Shown here in pieces: positions 49,291 through 58,980 of a stretch of 64,000 bases of DNA (position 1 is its first letter; each line of letters starts with the position of its first letter). The stretch lies in assembly GCA_002774875.1 (NCBI GenBank), contig PCYM01000001.1, positions 246,153 through 310,152 of the forward strand, read 5' to 3'. The notes below the pieces were generated by a model, which was not told the origin of the DNA, did not search any database, and worked only from the letters and a program-made list of their open reading frames with translations. The translations under genes and the position numbers were made by a program. Origin of the DNA: Candidatus Uhrbacteria bacterium CG10_big_fil_rev_8_21_14_0_10_50_16. Its GTDB lineage: Bacteria > Patescibacteriota > Patescibacteriia > UBA9934 > UBA11717.

Positions 49291-49817
49291 TCGTGGTCAA
49301 AAACCCAAAAGACTTTTATAAAATATTCACCCGCGGCAAGTGTGCCGCGGGTTTGACGTTGTTGAACTGTGTTCAGTTGGTCCCGAGATAGTGCCTGAGC
49401 CCTCGCACATCGGCTTCCGTCGCGTAGAGCCGAAACTCGATGTTTTTTTGTTTCCGGCAGAAAACCGACCTCCAAAAACCGCTGGGTGCACACGAGCCCA
49501 CCTACGGCCGTAGCCTCGATCTGCCGCCGAAGCTCCGCCTGCATGGCCAACACGATCAAAAACAAGCACTTTTCCGCTCGATCTTGGTGCAGTTCCACAT
49601 CCCTCGTAAAGACCGCCTCCTCGTCGTACGTGAAGTTCATGTAGACTCGCTTGTTGCCGTTCTGCACAAACTGGGGTACACCTCCTTTATCGGCAAGGTG
49701 TCAACAAAGTGGGTGACCGTCAATCAATCACTCTTTCAAAACACCGACGATCGTCACCTTGTTAATTTTGTGATAATAGCGATTATATGAGAGATTGTGC
49801 TAATTATCAAAACGCCC

Positions 49818-49855
49818 GGTTTCAAAACACCGACGATCGTCGGTGTTTTGAAACC
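49818..49855. repeat. perfect 38-bp palindrome, with 22-bp partial copy at 49734-49755
   Basis: GGTTTCAAAACACCGACGATCGTCGGTGTTTTGAAACC is its own reverse complement. Confidence 0.9.
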
Positions 49856-49999
49856 TTATCAATCACCCTATTAAGAACGCGTCACGCCCCACTTTTCTTT
49901 ACATGATCCTTTCTCTTTCCCTTCTTTTTTGCTCCTACAGAACGTAACAGATTTGTCGTACCTACGACATTTTTGTTATGAACGGATTCTACCTCCCAC

Positions 50000-50028
50000 T
50001 TGACAGCCCTCATTAAGCCCTATATACT
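50000..50028 (+). promoter_or_regulatory. rplJL promoter
   Basis: TTGACA-N17-TATACT. Confidence 0.85.
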
Positions 50029-50040
50029 CCTCATAACCTT

Positions 50041-50142
50041 AACCGTAGACAACGGCTGCCTGAAAAGGCTTAATTGGCCGTCGAGGTAGAGAATCGTATA
50101 AAATCCTAGGATTTACACGCGTTTCTTCCGATGTCTGTGGTT
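50041..50142 (+). promoter_or_regulatory. ribosomal protein L10 leader
   Basis: CCGTAGAC-AACGGC...AAT-TGGCCGTCGAGG...GTCTGTGG layout upstream of rplJ. Confidence 0.8.
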
Positions 50143-50221
50143 TAGGGCCACAGGTTTTTTTAATTAGAAGTGGGATCCGGGACGGTGTTCTTCTCCCCTA
50201 TTCCTCAATTCTACAGATGGT

Positions 50222-50746
50222 ATGGCAAAAACACGTGCTCAGAAAGAGCAAATGATTGCCGACCTGACGGACACGTTCTCAAAGACCAAATCCGTGGTGT
50301 TCGCTGAGTTTTCCGGAGTTCCCGTCCAAGCAATGGACCGTCTCCGTACACAGGCACGCAATGAAAACATTGCTGTGTCGGTCTCCAAAAAGACCCTCAT
50401 GAACATTGCAGCGCAACAGGCTGGTTGGACCGGTGTGGATACGGCTCAACTGCCAAATAGCGTGGTCACCCTTATGGGGTACGAGGACGAGGTACTTCCA
50501 GCAAAGTTGGTCGCAGCTTTTGCAAAGGGACAGGCCGGTGTCCAGATTGTCGGTGGCGTGCTCGAGGGAGCCTATGCTTCCGCCGACCAAATGATTGCCT
50601 TGTCACAGCTTCCTGGAAAGCAGGAGTTGTACGCAAAGCTCGTTGGTTCGATCAATGCCCCCGTCTCTGGTTTCGTCAATGTATTGGCAGGCAACATTCG
50701 TGGCCTGCTCTACACATTGAACGCGATCCAGGAACAAAAGGCATAA
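50222..50746 (+). CDS. rplJ: 50S ribosomal protein L10
   Basis: LRTQAR...[26 protein letters not shown]. Confidence 0.96.
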   Translation: MAKTRAQKEQMIADLTDTFSKTKSVVFAEFSGVPVQAMDRLRTQARNENIAVSVSKKTLMNIAAQQAGWTGVDTAQLPNSVVTLMGYEDEVLPAKLVAAFAKGQAGVQIVGGVLEGAYASADQMIALSQLPGKQELYAKLVGSINAPVSGFVNVLAGNIRGLLYTLNAIQEQKA

Positions 50747-50801
50747 CCAGGGTTGGCTATCTACCGCCCTCAATTTATTCGACTATTCTAAGCCCCTACA
50801 T

Positions 50802-51227
50802 ATGGCAGATGAAGTAACAGAGGTTGTAGCAGAAGAAAAAGCTGCTGTACCTGCAAAGTTCGCGTCTCTTGTTGAGACAATTGAGCAGTTGTCCGTTTTG
50901 GACCTTGCTGAGTTAGTAAAAGTTTTGGAGGACAAGTTTGGTGTGAGCGCCGCAGCTCCTATGATGATGGGTGGCATGATGCCAGCCGGAGGAGAAGCTG
51001 GTGGTGCTGAGGAAAAGACTTCATTCGATGTTGAGTTGTCCGCAATTGGCGAGAGCAAGATCAACGTGATCAAGGTTGTAAAAGAACTCCTCGGACTTGG
51101 TTTGAAGGAAGCCAAGGATCTCGTAGATGGAGCACCTGCAATCCTTAAGGCCGGTGTTGCCAAGGATGAAGCAGAAGCAATCAAAGCGAAGATTACAGAA
51201 GCAGGTGGTGCCGTTACCCTTAAGTAA
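50802..51227 (+). CDS. rplL: 50S ribosomal protein L7/L12
   Basis: [28 protein letters not shown]. Confidence 0.97.
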   Translation: MADEVTEVVAEEKAAVPAKFASLVETIEQLSVLDLAELVKVLEDKFGVSAAAPMMMGGMMPAGGEAGGAEEKTSFDVELSAIGESKINVIKVVKELLGLGLKEAKDLVDGAPAILKAGVAKDEAEAIKAKITEAGGAVTLK

Positions 51228-51237
51228 TTGCCCCAAC

Positions 51238-51266
51238 AAAAACCCACTCAAAAGAGTGGGTTTTTT
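51238..51266. terminator. bidirectional terminator
   Basis: AAAAACCCACTC-AAAA-GAGTGGGTTTTTT. Confidence 0.8.
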
Positions 51267-51277
51267 AATTCCTGTTG

Positions 51278-51544
51278 CTAGTTAAACAAGGAGACGAGGA
51301 ACGTCAATACACCTGCAAGTACAACAGACGCAAGTAAAAGCATGAGCATCCCGACCCAGAGGGCAAACATTGCAGAAAAATGATGCCCGATCACGGCGAA
51401 TGCGCGCTTCCAAAAATGATCTCCCAAGAGCCAGCTACTTTGATTGTGATGTTCCAATGCAGCGATACGAGCTTCTAATGAAGCAATGGACGGCGCAGGC
51501 GATTTTGCTGCGCGCTTTGTGGGTTTCTTTTTTGTTGTTGGCAT
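51278..51544 (-). CDS. small membrane protein
   Basis: AGGAGGT SD; FWKRAFAVIGH plus TM. Confidence 0.75.
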   Translation of the reverse strand: MPTTKKKPTKRAAKSPAPSIASLEARIAALEHHNQSSWLLGDHFWKRAFAVIGHHFSAMFALWVGMLMLLLASVVLAGVLTFLVSLFN

Positions 51545-51572
51545 ACCTCCTTTTATGAATACGTGCAGTATA

Positions 51573-52253
51573 CTAGTTTATTGTCGTTCCAACAAATGGC
51601 TTTCCATCAAAAATCTTTTCGAGGTTTTTGAGCTTGCCTCCATTTGCAATGACCACCGGAATTCTCGACGCATGCGCGAGCTTAGACGCCACGGGATCAA
51701 ACGGTACATTCATCCCCGGATCCCAGGTGCTTCCTACCAATTTCCTAAATTCCTCCCAACGCATTTCCTTGATCTTCACCGCATCCTTGTGTGTGCGCGG
51801 GTCTTTGTCATACACGTAATCAATATTAGAAACATTGATCACCATTTTTGCGTTGAGCTGTTTTGCAATCCGCACGGCACCATCATCCGTAGATCGTCCC
51901 GGTTTCCAGCCGGCGGCAATCACTAATTTATGCTTTCCCAAATGGATTGTGTTGGGATTTTTTTGAATCGTCGGACGTGCAACGTCTCGAAAGATGGTTC
52001 GCAATAAGTGCGCATTTAAGCGTGTCGCATGAATCCCGAGCCAGTCCACGTCGTCCCGCGTGAGCGTTGTCACCTTCTCGGCCGCGCGTTGATACCCACG
52101 AGATGTTCCTCCACCCCCCGCAATAATCACAAATTTATCGCCCTGGATAATCCGTTTTTCAATCAACGTTCGAAACCCCTTAAGAAATTTGGTATCAATA
52201 TCGGTTCCTGGAACAATCATCGATCCGCCAACAGAGAGGACATAGGTAGGCAT
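51573..52253 (-). CDS. pyrH: UMP kinase (archaeal type)
   Basis: VLSVGGS, GGGGTSR.YQ, DWLGIHATRLNA, PGRSTD, PFDPVA. Confidence 0.93.
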   Translation of the reverse strand: MPTYVLSVGGSMIVPGTDIDTKFLKGFRTLIEKRIIQGDKFVIIAGGGGTSRGYQRAAEKVTTLTRDDVDWLGIHATRLNAHLLRTIFRDVARPTIQKNPNTIHLGKHKLVIAAGWKPGRSTDDGAVRIAKQLNAKMVINVSNIDYVYDKDPRTHKDAVKIKEMRWEEFRKLVGSTWDPGMNVPFDPVASKLAHASRIPVVIANGGKLKNLEKIFDGKPFVGTTIN

Positions 52254-52315
52254 AAGAACGTTTGAAGAGAATGGGTTTGGTGTATCTAAATAGGTGCTAG
52301 CAAAAAAACCGAGGA

Positions 52316-52657
52316 TTACTCGGTTTTCAATAACCAACTGGTGATCCACCCAACGACCCACATAAAGATCGCCGCGAGCATCGCCGTAAAAAATGAATCG
52401 ATCGAGAACCCAGGAACCAAGCTCGAAGCCAACCAAATCACGAGACCATTGACCACAAGCAGAAACAATCCGAGCGTCATGACCGTGATTGGCAATGTCA
52501 GGACCACGAGCAACGGTCGAACGAGCGCATTGACAAGTCCCAACACGAGCGCTGCCAAAATCGCCAATAAGATTCCATCTAATTGAAATCCTGGGAGCAC
52601 ATAGGCAATCCCCAAAAGTGCTGCGGCGTTGACCATCCAACGAAAGAGAAGTTTCAT
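52316..52657 (-). CDS. YvlD/phage holin family 4 membrane protein
   Basis: LGLVNALVRPLL..LTLPI...TLGLF. Confidence 0.9.
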   Translation of the reverse strand: MKLLFRWMVNAAALLGIAYVLPGFQLDGILLAILAALVLGLVNALVRPLLVVLTLPITVMTLGLFLLVVNGLVIWLASSLVPGFSIDSFFTAMLAAIFMWVVGWITSWLLKTE

Positions 52658-52664
52658 AGGTTGA

Positions 52665-52868
52665 TTACACGTTAAATTTTTCTCGAATTTCTTTAACACG
52701 GACTTCCAACGTCTGGATGTGTTGTTTGCAGATCTGCGCAAGCTCCAAGCCACGCTCAAAGTCTTTGAGACCAGATTCTAAATCCACATCATCGCGTTCA
52801 AACGTCTCGGCGATCTTCTCTAATTCCTCAAACGCTTGTTTAAACGTTGGTTGTTTTTTTGTGGGCAT
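52665..52868 (-). CDS. xseB: exodeoxyribonuclease VII small subunit
   Basis: F.QAFEELEKI...E...DLE..L..FERG. Confidence 0.92.
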   Translation of the reverse strand: MPTKKQPTFKQAFEELEKIAETFERDDVDLESGLKDFERGLELAQICKQHIQTLEVRVKEIREKFNV

Positions 52869-52873
52869 AGTCA

Positions 52874-54115
52874 TTAATTTGCTTCCTGTACGTCTGCGCG
52901 AATCGTTCCGTGGGCCAATTGTACCTGGATTGTGTCTCCTTGACCAACCTTTGATGCATCCTTCAACACAGCATCTCCCGCATGCACAATCGCATAGCCT
53001 CGGCTCAAAACACGTACTGGATCCATCTCTTTTAAGTAACGTCCCATCCCCTCCACGCGTTCTTTATACCTTGTCAGCTCGTGTAACAAAACATCTCCCA
53101 CATTCTGCACGGTTGTCATCACACGATTCACCTCAAACGCTAACGACTGCATGACGCGCGTCAGTTTTGCGACAGCCGACTCGACGCCGTACATCCGAGT
53201 CTGTACCGCATCTTGCACACGATCCACGAGTCGACGTTCTGTCATCTCAATTTGATTCAGCACCGAGTCTTTGTCTGGCACGACGCGCTCGGCGGCATTT
53301 GAGGGTGTTGAGGCACGCACGTCAGCCGCGTATTCGGCAAGTGATTCGTCTCGTTCATGCCCAATTCCCACCACAATTGGCACAACACTCGCAAATACGG
53401 AGCGTACCACCTGTTCGTCATTAAACGCCGCGAGGTCCTCCAGACTTCCACCGCCACGCGTAAGGACAAGGACGTCTGGTCGGTCCTCCACCGGTAGTTG
53501 ATTCACATATCCAAGCGCACCCACAATATCGGGCACCGCACGTTCACCCTGTACCGCCACGTGCAGCGATTGCACCTCGACCCCACCCCATCGATTCTGC
53601 AGAATCCGCAAAAAATCTGAGTATGCGGCCGATTCTCGACTCGCAATAAGTCCAATCTTCTCCGGGTACAACGGAAGCGCACGTTTCCGATCCACCGCAA
53701 ATAACCCTTCTGCCTCCAATTTTTTTCGCAAACGCTCGAGCTGCTGCGCTAAGGCACCTGCACCCACAATCTCAATGGTATTCACATTCAACGTCAACTG
53801 ACCGTAACGTGGATACACTTTAGGCGTTGCGCCAACAATAATTTTGTCGCCATTCTCAATCTCAACCTGCAATTGATACACCGTCAAAAAACACTTGAGC
53901 AGGGCGCCGTCCTCTAAATCCTTGAGCGTAAACCGCACCCACTTTCCTTGCGAGACAGAAAACTCGCTCACCTCGCCCTCAATAAGCATATTTGGGCCCG
54001 CGATAGAAAAGAGCTGTTGATTGATCAGCTCCACGGCTGCAGACACAGAAAGCGCCACGGGCTTCCCTAGCGTCTGTGCAGATTCAAAAAGGTTATCTTG
54101 GAATGGATCTATCAT
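52874..54115 (-). CDS. xseA: exodeoxyribonuclease VII large subunit
   Basis: EGEVS, VQGERA, RGGGSLEDL..FNDE, GIGHE.D, TPS.AAE. Confidence 0.96.
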   Translation of the reverse strand: MIDPFQDNLFESAQTLGKPVALSVSAAVELINQQLFSIAGPNMLIEGEVSEFSVSQGKWVRFTLKDLEDGALLKCFLTVYQLQVEIENGDKIIVGATPKVYPRYGQLTLNVNTIEIVGAGALAQQLERLRKKLEAEGLFAVDRKRALPLYPEKIGLIASRESAAYSDFLRILQNRWGGVEVQSLHVAVQGERAVPDIVGALGYVNQLPVEDRPDVLVLTRGGGSLEDLAAFNDEQVVRSVFASVVPIVVGIGHERDESLAEYAADVRASTPSNAAERVVPDKDSVLNQIEMTERRLVDRVQDAVQTRMYGVESAVAKLTRVMQSLAFEVNRVMTTVQNVGDVLLHELTRYKERVEGMGRYLKEMDPVRVLSRGYAIVHAGDAVLKDASKVGQGDTIQVQLAHGTIRADVQEAN

Positions 54116-54119
54116 GTGT

Positions 54120-54578
54120 TTACATAAACCAACTTGGCTGGAACCATTGCACCACCCACACATAGCCAATGACAAGCAAGATCATTGTCACGGCTGTCTC
54201 TAACCAGACCCACGTGTCTTCCTTGGTACCAAACGCTCCAAGTCCCATGAACGGAAATACAATCAGATTGGCAATCAAATACAGGGCCGCACCATAGGTC
54301 ATGACACTCACAAGTCCATACGCTCCACCCATCCACGACCACACACCAGGATTAAACGGATACAGCGCGCCAAACGCTAGTCCCAGCACGAGATGAAACA
54401 ACAACCCTAGTGCAAACGACTCGCGATCAGATAATTTCTTGCCCGCAAAATCTTGAATATCAATCAACAACGGATGTCCGTGGTGTCGACGCCGCATCTC
54501 ATGCACAAGCGCCGGAATACTTAACACAAGCGCCAAGAGCGCGCCAATTCCACCTCCCAATGCAATATCATTTATCAT
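54120..54578 (-). CDS. hypothetical membrane protein
   Basis: Four hydrophobic segments, H..LG..FG.LY. Confidence 0.7.
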   Translation of the reverse strand: MINDIALGGGIGALLALVLSIPALVHEMRRRHHGHPLLIDIQDFAGKKLSDRESFALGLLFHLVLGLAFGALYPFNPGVWSWMGGAYGLVSVMTYGAALYLIANLIVFPFMGLGAFGTKEDTWVWLETAVTMILLVIGYVWVVQWFQPSWFM

Positions 54579-54582
54579 ACCG

Positions 54583-55413
54583 TTAGCGTTTATGAACAAC
54601 GATAATCATTTTTGCCCCCTGCGCCGGGTTTCCGCCATTCCAATCTCCCATCGCCTCCATGATCGTATCAAATGTGTACAAATACTGCTCACCTCGGCGG
54701 GTTCCGGGATCGTTGGTAATAAAACTTGTGGATGTATAGCCCCGCAAAACAAGCATGTGGTACAAAGGACCTACTCCCGAATAAAAGGGATTCTGCAATT
54801 TCCGACCCGCCGCCGGCACAATCACCGGGACACCGTTTGCCAATAGCGTCTTTATTTCATCAATCGTCGGGTTATTGACGGACGTAAACACCAAGCTCGG
54901 GAAACGCGCATTGGCAACTCGTATCGTTTCTTCCACCGTTGTGTCTAAATAGGCCCCCAATTGTGTTTCCTCCAACGCGACAAACGATAAGATCTCTTGC
55001 TCAGCCAGTACGGGTGTTGATAGATCAACCTCTGCATTCAAAAATGCGGCCGCCATGAGCACACTCGCCTCCTCACATGCTTCTTGGTACGGCAGCCCCC
55101 AATCAGTTTGCGGTGCTTGTGAAGTGAACGGAATCGCCAGGTTGATACTCTGTGGTGGAGGCACGGGCTCCGTTGGGTCAATCGTGCCTGTCTGTAAATC
55201 TTGCGGTGTCTCTGTCTCGTCTAATCCTTTGTCTGACTCAACAGGTTGATCTTGATCGTTGACAACTGGCGCAACCACGAGATCGTACTCTACAGCCTTA
55301 GGAATCGTAAGCGACTGCACCGTTTGCGACACAATAAATCGCTGTCGATACAACGCATAACCACCTCCCAACAAAAGAACAATGATCAATGCAACAATGA
55401 TGTTATTCTTCAT
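54583..55413 (-). CDS. C39-like peptidase, membrane anchored
   Basis: PFTSQAP, QEACEEAS, YHMLV..GY, TNDPGT. Confidence 0.88.
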   Translation of the reverse strand: MKNNIIVALIIVLLLGGGYALYRQRFIVSQTVQSLTIPKAVEYDLVVAPVVNDQDQPVESDKGLDETETPQDLQTGTIDPTEPVPPPQSINLAIPFTSQAPQTDWGLPYQEACEEASVLMAAAFLNAEVDLSTPVLAEQEILSFVALEETQLGAYLDTTVEETIRVANARFPSLVFTSVNNPTIDEIKTLLANGVPVIVPAAGRKLQNPFYSGVGPLYHMLVLRGYTSTSFITNDPGTRRGEQYLYTFDTIMEAMGDWNGGNPAQGAKMIIVVHKR

Positions 55414-56825
55414 ACGGAGGGTCGTTGTTTTTTTAACCAGGTCTTTAGCAGATACGTCGCACGCACATCGTCTTCGTTGTATTGCACGATGCGCTCCAAT
55501 AAACTTTTGTCTCCTCGCTCCAACCATTCGTGATACCAACGGATGGAATTAACCCCACTCGCATCTTCCGCACGCCAAGAAAACCCAATATATCTAGCAA
55601 GATCTTTAAGCGAATAAAATGGAAGTGGAAAAATAACTGCTGACCGCAGCTGCGCATTGAGATCAATGAAATTCTTTTCCAAACTCTCCAACACCCCGTC
55701 AGGTGCGCCATAGCGATCGATCATTTTATGACACACGCTGATCTCATACCAACCATAGTGATACACCGGCGCGTGTTTATGCTCGTGCAAAAACTGCGCA
55801 AATTCCTCCCACGCACGTTGTTCTTCTTCCTCCGATTTTGCCAAAAATGCCTGGTAGGACTCTTCCGTAGTGCCGTCTTCTTTAGAGACAACCGTTAGCA
55901 CACCAAACAAATAATCCAAATCACGCACGGGGTCTGACTCAATATCAAAGTAGAGTTCAATGTTGGATTGTGGGAATGTAATGACCTCCACTACGTCATG
56001 CACACGCTCTTTTAAACTCACGGCTTGGCGATGCAAAAAACGTAATCGGTCTTCCTTCATGTCTAACAGTTTGTCTGCCAATGGAGCAACATCGGCGGCG
56101 GCGAGTTCCAAAACCGTTGTAACACCGGCACCCTGCAGCTCTTCCACCTCACTCGCCTGAATACGATTCAACAATGACAGGTCATCGCAATCCTCCGTCT
56201 CATCCATGCAAACGTTGAAAAACGGAGAGGTCTTGCATCCACTCGTAAGGATATGTGCCGGATCTTCTCCGGCGAGAATACGCTCAATCGCATCCAACGT
56301 CAGCCGATAATTGGCTTCAAACCGCTCCAAATCATAGCGCATAATAACGCCCGAGGAGGACATAATATATCCGCTCGTTGGTTTGACATCTTGCACACGC
56401 TCAAGGAGCTCCGCATAAAACGCGCCCTGCATTTTGTGCTCGTCACGGATGGAACGTGGATCGCTCATCCGTTTTATATCCACCGCCACGTAATAATAGG
56501 CGCCCAGTGCACTTTTGCCCTCCACACGCTCCAATACATCCGGACGCGCGACCCAATGCCCGTCCACAAACACCCCTCTATAAATAGTCTGCACGCCACT
56601 CTTCATCAATTCCATCGTGCGACTAAACGCGTCATTTTGATCTTCATCCTCCACCACGCTGTACTGTCCGCGGATGGTCAAAAGTTTCTCCATAACTTCC
56701 GGCAACAGCCCATCATCAATCAATCGCGCTTGCAATGCGTCTAAATTTGCCCCATGTACAACGGATCGTCGCACCCACTTTGGGCACTTTGCGTAGTAAA
56801 AAAAGGTTTTTTCTGTAAGTTCCAT
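55410..56825 (-). CDS. TM0106-family RecB-like nuclease with RNase H-like C-domain
   Basis: PD...VDIK, YFDIE, YHYG.YE, YSLK.LA, YNEDDV.AT. Confidence 0.9.
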   Translation of the reverse strand: MELTEKTFFYYAKCPKWVRRSVVHGANLDALQARLIDDGLLPEVMEKLLTIRGQYSVVEDEDQNDAFSRTMELMKSGVQTIYRGVFVDGHWVARPDVLERVEGKSALGAYYYVAVDIKRMSDPRSIRDEHKMQGAFYAELLERVQDVKPTSGYIMSSSGVIMRYDLERFEANYRLTLDAIERILAGEDPAHILTSGCKTSPFFNVCMDETEDCDDLSLLNRIQASEVEELQGAGVTTVLELAAADVAPLADKLLDMKEDRLRFLHRQAVSLKERVHDVVEVITFPQSNIELYFDIESDPVRDLDYLFGVLTVVSKEDGTTEESYQAFLAKSEEEEQRAWEEFAQFLHEHKHAPVYHYGWYEISVCHKMIDRYGAPDGVLESLEKNFIDLNAQLRSAVIFPLPFYSLKDLARYIGFSWRAEDASGVNSIRWYHEWLERGDKSLLERIVQYNEDDVRATYLLKTWLKKQRPSV

Positions 56826-56913
56826 GATAGACACAGTATAACATGCTTGAGGTAACCGCTTGACAGATCCGCGTATTTTTTCTACATTCCGCCCGTAACG
56901 GAAGGAGGGGATC

Positions 56914-57834
56914 ATGCAGATTCCGGATTACATTGGACCCTACAGGGTTGTTTGCCGCGTTGGTACTGGCTTCATGGGGGAGGTGTACGAAGCTGAACGG
57001 GAAATTACAGGAGACGGGGCCGTGTTCCTGGAAACCGTAGCGATCAAGTTGCCCCGTTCTCGCTTGCCACGATTAGCCGAATTCTTCCATCACGAATACG
57101 CCATCGGGCGGCACATGCGCTACCAGCATCTCGTGTGGATCCAGGATCTCATCCTTCTCGAAGATCACACGCCATGCTTGGTGATGGAGTTTGTTCACGG
57201 GCAACTCTTGGGATCACTCGTGGACAACATCCGCACGCTGGAGGCTCTGGAGATCATCCGTCAGGTCGCCCTGGGGCTTGATTGGTTCCACACAAGGTGC
57301 GACGGGAGCACATGGCTCCGAGCCGTACATAGTGATGTCAAGCCTGACAACATCTTTCTCACCAATGAGGGGACTATTCGGGTCTTTGACTACAGCATCG
57401 CAGACCATTTGATCCGTAACCGACAAATCGAAACTGAGACCACCCAAGGAACCCCTGTCTACATGTCCCCGGAGCTGGCGCTGGCACGCGCCATCGACTT
57501 CCGGTCGGACCTCTTCACTCTTGGGACCCTGCTGTTTGAGCTCCTCTTTCATTGGCGACCGTTTGATCGAGCAAACACGTTCGAGACAATGACGTACATC
57601 GCAAACGGCAGCTTCAAAGGGCAGATCAATGAGGTAAATAGGCATTATCATCACCTTCCGGATCTTTCTCGCGTTCTTGCATCCTGCTGGGAAAGGGACC
57701 CGGGAAAACGACCGAAAAGCGCCATGACCGTAGCTTTTGCCATGGAGGGGTTCATCTTACAGGAGCAAAAGCACAAGCATCTCCCCATTGGACCCGTGAG
57801 TCTCCTTCCACTCCTTGGCAATCACACTCCGTAA
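56914..57834 (+). CDS. Hanks-type Ser/Thr protein kinase 1
   Basis: GTGFMG, VAIK, HSDVKPDN, DYS, GTPVYMSPE; TTGACA-N17-TACATT promoter (56860-56888). Confidence 0.9.
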   Translation: MQIPDYIGPYRVVCRVGTGFMGEVYEAEREITGDGAVFLETVAIKLPRSRLPRLAEFFHHEYAIGRHMRYQHLVWIQDLILLEDHTPCLVMEFVHGQLLGSLVDNIRTLEALEIIRQVALGLDWFHTRCDGSTWLRAVHSDVKPDNIFLTNEGTIRVFDYSIADHLIRNRQIETETTQGTPVYMSPELALARAIDFRSDLFTLGTLLFELLFHWRPFDRANTFETMTYIANGSFKGQINEVNRHYHHLPDLSRVLASCWERDPGKRPKSAMTVAFAMEGFILQEQKHKHLPIGPVSLLPLLGNHTP

Positions 57835-57948
57835 ATCCCCGACCATCCAGGCCGGGGCTCATTTTTTATAAGATCACCCAGGGATTGACAAACGCCCTAC
57901 GATCGACTATATTCCCCTGTCACCAACCACAACCTAGAGGGAGGAACC

Positions 57949-58932
57949 GTGACACTTACACGCGTTGGTTCGTATTACATGGAGGAAGAGGAGTTGGGGC
58001 AAGGATGGCTGTGCACCGTACACGAGGCGTGGAAGCCCGTTCAGTTGAAAACTGGTACGTGGGGAAGGAAGTACGTGGCCATCAAGCGCTACAGGGACAA
58101 TGTATCTCCCAATCAGCCAACGTGGGAATCGTTGAGAGACGAGGCAACCATCGGTACGGCGGTAGACCACCCCAATCTTCTGCGTGTGCAGGAGGTGATC
58201 GAGACCGACCGTGGTCCACACCTGGTTATGGAGCTCTTGGACGGCGTGACACTGGACAGACTCACTACCGACGGACGGCACCTCGTTCCCCTCATGCCGC
58301 CGCTTGCGCTCGAGATTATCTATCAGGTGGCGCTAGGACTACACTCCTTGCACACGCTGGAGATAGACGGCAAGCCCGTGTTCCCTGTGCATCGGGACGT
58401 CAAGCCGCACAACGCATTCCTGACGCGAGATGGTCGTGTTGTGCTCTTTGACTACGGAATCTGTCACTTCACGGGAATGAAGTTACAGGACCTGCCCAAT
58501 CAGGTCTACGGCAGCTGCCATTACATGTCTCCAGAACAAGCGCTTGGGCTAGTAGACATTACCCATATGACTGACCAGTACGGGCTCGCGACGATGCTCT
58601 ACCAGCTCATCGCCGGACGCTACGCCTACGAAGGCTGTGCGCAGAATATCCTGTACGACGTTGTCAATCCTGAGAAGTCGCCGCCCCTCGACCTCATCGA
58701 GCAGCGATGCCCGCAGGTGGTGCCCATTCTGCGGCGATGCTGGCAGAACAACCCGAAGATGCGCTACCCCAACATGCGGTGGCTGGCGCGAGCCCTGTGG
58801 CAAGCGCGACGCACCTACCAGAGTATCAACAACCTGGCTGTTGTCCGACCCGCACTCACAGGATGGACGCTCCCCTCGTCAACCCCGACGCGGCGCGTAG
58901 CTACTGCGCCCATGCCAACGGCCCACGAATAA
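57949..58932 (+). CDS. Hanks-type Ser/Thr protein kinase 2
   Basis: LGQG, VAIK, HRDVKPHN, DYG, YMSPEQ; TTGACA-N17-TATATT promoter (57885-57913); GTG start. Confidence 0.9.
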   Translation: MTLTRVGSYYMEEEELGQGWLCTVHEAWKPVQLKTGTWGRKYVAIKRYRDNVSPNQPTWESLRDEATIGTAVDHPNLLRVQEVIETDRGPHLVMELLDGVTLDRLTTDGRHLVPLMPPLALEIIYQVALGLHSLHTLEIDGKPVFPVHRDVKPHNAFLTRDGRVVLFDYGICHFTGMKLQDLPNQVYGSCHYMSPEQALGLVDITHMTDQYGLATMLYQLIAGRYAYEGCAQNILYDVVNPEKSPPLDLIEQRCPQVVPILRRCWQNNPKMRYPNMRWLARALWQARRTYQSINNLAVVRPALTGWTLPSSTPTRRVATAPMPTAHE

Positions 58933-58980
58933 AAGCACCCGACCTCCACTGGAGGCCGGGGCTCAATTTTTTTTACAACC

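Noticed and set aside
49200-49667. Intact 155-aa CDS
   Set aside because: Reads through a strong hairpin (49330-49353) and into the convergent HD gene; more likely a decayed orphan, so not listed as a feature.
51573-52640. 355-aa pyrH with N-terminal extension (likewise long starts for the GT4, MFS and 61879 ORFs)
   Set aside because: Extensions overlap neighbouring genes or promoters; family homology begins at the trimmed starts.
52316-52657. Prophage inferred from a holin-family gene
   Set aside because: YvlD-type gene within a housekeeping xseAB-pyrH run; no phage genes nearby.
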